From positions 196,230,001-196,294,000 of the forward strand of contig OZ024743.1 in the NCBI GenBank assembly GCA_964016885.1: DNA of 64,000 nucleotides, read 5' to 3'. The stretch's first letter is position 1; the number at the start of each line of letters is the position of its first letter. The notes beneath the pieces are model-generated. The model had not been told where the DNA came from and searched no databases. It worked only from the letters and a program-made list of their open reading frames with translations. Positions 59,425-64,000 of this stretch are shown here, in pieces. Origin of the DNA: Eledone cirrhosa. Taxonomy: Eukaryota. A program made the translations under genes and the position numbers.

Positions 59425-60570
59425 TCTTTATATATATAAAAGCGAGGATGTGTGTGTCTGTGTACAACTTTGCATTCTAAAGGCTTTTACAATTACCAAC
59501 TGAATTTGACCAAATTTTCTGTGCACGTTGCACAGGTCGCTAACATTTTTCAAATCGACCCACGTTGAGCAATAAAAAATCGATATCAAAATTATCGGTA
59601 GAAAAATTGATGTAAGGGAGATAACAAACTTTATTAACAAACTTTATTGACCTTATAAAAAAGAGAGATAACCACCTTTTCAGAAATATAAACATCACAT
59701 TCATTTGAAGATAAATCACTAATATTATCGTTTGTTTCTTGTTTATTCTTTGTTGCACTTTCAAAGTTAAAAACCACTTGTTGTTTTAACTTGTTTCACT
59801 ATATTAAGTGTTAATTTTCGCGTTAAGGGCCTAATCTCGCAACAGTCTCGAATTGAAGAGATTTTGATGATGGTTTGTTTATTTTTAGAACAATCGTTAT
59901 GGGACTTTCCATTCAAACCATTGGGACCTACAACTTTTACATTTTTAAAACTTTCATAAGCCATGTTGATACAAAAAAAAATTGTCGCACTTTCAAAGTT
60001 AACTGTCCCGCTTCAATTCATACATTTTGACTTTACAACTTTTCACCAAATATGCCCCGTAAAAGAAAGTATGCACATATTGGCTATCGGTCGAAGAAAA
60101 CAATGCCTGTAAATGACGCTCCGCCGATAACCGAAAATAGACAATCACTGAATGCGGTGAGTACAGTTATTGCAACATCTTTGTCCGCCGCTGAACGTCA
60201 GTTAGTGCGGCGAACCAATAATGCTAAAGCAACTGCTGCAGCACGAGCTGCAGAGACTACAGAGCAACGTGAAACATGCCTTGCTATGGATGCTACAGAT
60301 ACTGCTGCAGCAAGATCTGCAGAGACAGTACAGAAATATGAAAGACGCCGTGCGCGTAATGCTTCAGCTAATGTTGCAGCAAGAGCAATTGAGACTGAGC
60401 AAGAACGTCAAAGTCGGCATTTGAGAAATGCTTCAGCTACTGCTACGGCACGAGCTGTAGAGACTGTAACAAGTCGTGCTATTCGGCTGGTGGGTAACGC
60501 TCAACGTAGAGCTTTATCGCGGGGTATTTCAAAGGCATCACGCTCACAAATTGCACACAAATTGCAGTAG
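59425..60570 (+). mobile_element. 5' portion of an autonomous Helitron (truncated RepHel N-terminus)
   Basis: TCTTTATATATATAAAAG..GTGTGTCTGTG 5' end. ORF 60052-60570 (MPRKRK...) has ~23-aa repeats RAAETTEQRETCL / RSAETVQKYERR / RAIETEQERQSR, like animal Helitron N-termini. Rep and helicase domains are absent. Confidence 0.7.
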
Positions 60571-60819
60571 ATTGGATAAATTAGCCATTCTGGGTTGAGT
60601 TATCTGTTTGGGCTGTTTATGCGTGCGTGTATATGTCGAATCCTGTGTGTCTAGTTGTGATTGTCTGTTAGAGTTGGCTATTATGCACGTGTGCTTTATT
60701 ATGTCAAGTATTACGTGTTTGCGCTTTTATGTTACATATTGAGTACTGAGTTCTAATCCATGACCACATCAACACGGCCTGGAGTGAAATCTCACGGCGA
60801 TAATTCTATATATATATAA

Positions 60820-61280
60820 CCCCGATTTTTGCATAGCTACGGCTTCCTAAATGTTTACCCTGTAAACATACCGTGTTTCTTTAGGAATACAAAATGTCTA
60901 TACATATCTGTATACAGCTATGCTTGAAGCTAAATCCTATTTCTATTCTATTATAAGTTGAGGCAACTTATGCAGCTTCATATGCAAATGAGATTAATCA
61001 CCTCATTTACTCAGACTATATATTCTCGACTATTTTCAAGTCCAGCAGTCGTAAGCGTGGGAGGGTCCGTCCTAATGAAAACCAGTCAAGTCTGAAATGC
61101 ATAGACGGTTGTCCCCTTGCTTCTGCTGGACACTACCAGACGGCGTTTGCCCCGGTGTTTGCATAGCTACGGCTTCCTAAATGTTTACCCTTTAAACATA
61201 CCGTCTTTCCTTAGAAATACGAATTTTCTATACATAACTGTATACAGCTATGCTTGAAGCTAAATCCTATTTCTATTATA
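60820..61280 (+). mobile_element. Retrozyme-like element, 330-bp period, with mutated HHR (61067-61108)
   Basis: GCATAGCTACGGCTTCC at 60831 and 61161. CCGUC-CUAAUGA-..-GAAA-UGC-AUA/GACGG (G5->A). Confidence 0.72.
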
Positions 61281-61309
61281 TATATATATATATAAAATCC
61301 TATTTCTAT

Positions 61310-61341
<32 letters not shown>

Positions 61342-61938
61342 TTTCGTTTCTGAATTTGTTTAGCAAGATTCTTTATCTGAAATCGTGTGTTGAAACCGAT
61401 ATTGTTATACTTTGGAAGGGTCATGTTGCCAATAAGAAACACACGCACCAGTTGCTTTCACTTCAATTTATTATATATTTATAAATTTATAAATTTACAA
61501 ATTTACAAACCTATAAATTTCTGGTTGGTTGGTTGGTTCCACAACCAGATAGTTGTTTATATATAGTCATAGTCCTTTCGTCACACACTCTGTGACCTCT
61601 TCAGTGACTGGGGATTCCTTTCTTCGTTTCTGTGCCTTTCCTTTCTTCTATCCTACGCCATTTTGTTTCTGTGAGTGTGTTGTGTGCTCAGTTTGCGCAT
61701 GCGCCACATCCGGGTGTCTCTGTGTGTTTGTGTTCATTTATCTATTTGTTTATTTATTTATTTATTTATTGTTGGTTGGTTGTTTGTTCTATGTGTGTGT
61801 GTGTTTTCATTTTGTCCTTAATTGTAAGTTGTGATGTTGCTGTTCCACTCATATTTTCAATTTAATTTTGGTTTTAATTCTTTTATGCTTACTGCCTCTG
61901 TAATTTGCCTAAACATTGCGTCTTTTCTGTGTGTGGAT
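61342..61938 (-). mobile_element. Family C PLE 3' portion
   Basis: Nearly identical to 13593-14095. Confidence 0.9.
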
Positions 61939-61957
61939 TATATATATATATATATAT

Positions 61958-62405
<448 letters not shown>

Positions 62406-62787
62406 AGGAAAGGTGTCTTAACGTTTCAGATGCTAGTCCTTCATCAAAAACTGAGAATTTAAAGAGGAAATATAAAGATAGAGGAGAGTGCGGGGAAGCT
62501 GATACGAAAACAACATTCTTCAAGAAAACGCAGGTCTCTTCATATCACCATCTCTTGGAAAACTATTTATAGTAGCGGTATAGTATAGGAAGTTCAGTTA
62601 GCCGTGTTTTGAAAGAATGTGATCAAAGACGTCTATATAGAGTGGATATGTATATGTAAATGTTTAAGTGTGTAAGTGTGTGTGTGTTGTTTGTCTGTAC
62701 GAAGCTATAAGTATATGTATGTGTATAGGTTTAAGAGGGAGCGTGTGTTTGCATGTTGGTCTGTACAAAATATATTATATATATATA

Positions 62788-62824
<37 letters not shown>

Positions 62825-62875
62825 GCAAAAACAATGTTGCCATATACACAACAAGCACACACACATATAAATGTT

Positions 62876-62938
<63 letters not shown>

Positions 62939-62972
62939 TTGAGTGTATATAACTATTTATATATATATATAC

Positions 62973-63048
<76 letters not shown>

Positions 63049-63086
63049 GTATTTGAGTGTATATAACTATTTATATATATATATAC

Positions 63087-63147
<61 letters not shown>

Positions 63148-63845
63148 TATATATATACATAAACATTTATATGTGTGTGTACTTGTTTGTGTTTTGTGTT
63201 CCCAAATTGAAACGAAACTACCGGAGATATTTTCTTGTAGTAAATTTAATGGATTCATTGTATGTAAGATAAAAATCTTACCGGTTTCTTCTTCAAATCT
63301 GTTTTTTCGTATATTCTTATGAAATAATTGCTTGATAACACCACCAGTCCGGGCCGGAGTGTTTTTTTTTATGTTACTTTTTTTTTCTTTTTTTTTTTTT
63401 TTTGATAAAATACTCTTTTGGTCCATCAAGATTTCTAAAATATCAAACAGTGCAAAAAAAAAATATATATATATATAAATATATAAATAATTTTAAGAGC
63501 ATATTCTAACCGACACAATATTTTAGAAATCTTGTTTTTACATAACGTTGAAATTCATAGCGTTAAAACTGCTCGATATTAGTAAAAAAAAATGTGTATA
63601 ATCCATTATTAAACTTTTAAAGTTTTGATGTTTCAAAATACAAAGATGTTTCGCACAAAAAATACATACGATTGGAAAGCCTGAAATATACTTGTATCAT
63701 AAAAGAAAAAAAAAGATAATTTTCATAATTATTTACATCTGTTATGTATATTTCGATAATTTTACTTGTATTTTTCAAATTTCACGCTTATCCCAAGTGT
63801 ATTTTATAGTTCAGCTTTATATATATATATATACATACATGCATA

Positions 63846-63999
<154 letters not shown>

Positions 64000-64000
64000 T

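Noticed and set aside
62414-62452. HHR-like UUGAUGA-AGG..UCU-GAAACGUU (minus strand)
   Set aside because: U3.G8 core and poor stem I; probably a decayed PLE HHR, not called functional.

Overview
AT-rich, microsatellite-saturated eukaryotic non-coding DNA. The (TA)n/(CA)n/(GA)n load, the tRNA-type SINE and the Penelope/RTE/Helitron mix suggest a cephalopod (Octopus-like) genome; that assignment is inference. No intact host gene is recognisable and most listed ORFs are microsatellite translations. The window is dominated by Penelope-like elements (PLEs; RT + GIY-YIG remnants) and non-coding relatives inserted into (TA)n tracts, mostly as fold-backs with two outward-facing 3' ends. About a dozen distinct hammerhead ribozyme (HHR) sequence types can be folded by eye. 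The most striking signal is a group of non-coding tandem or terminally redundant units (330-601 bp) that look like retrozymes. Several carry a non-canonical type I HHR with a U3-A8 core (UUGANAA) and greatly enlarged stems II/III. The best example is a 556-bp x2.4 array (26273-27624) whose ribozyme would release an exact 556-nt monomer. All folds are manual and untested, and element boundaries are approximate.
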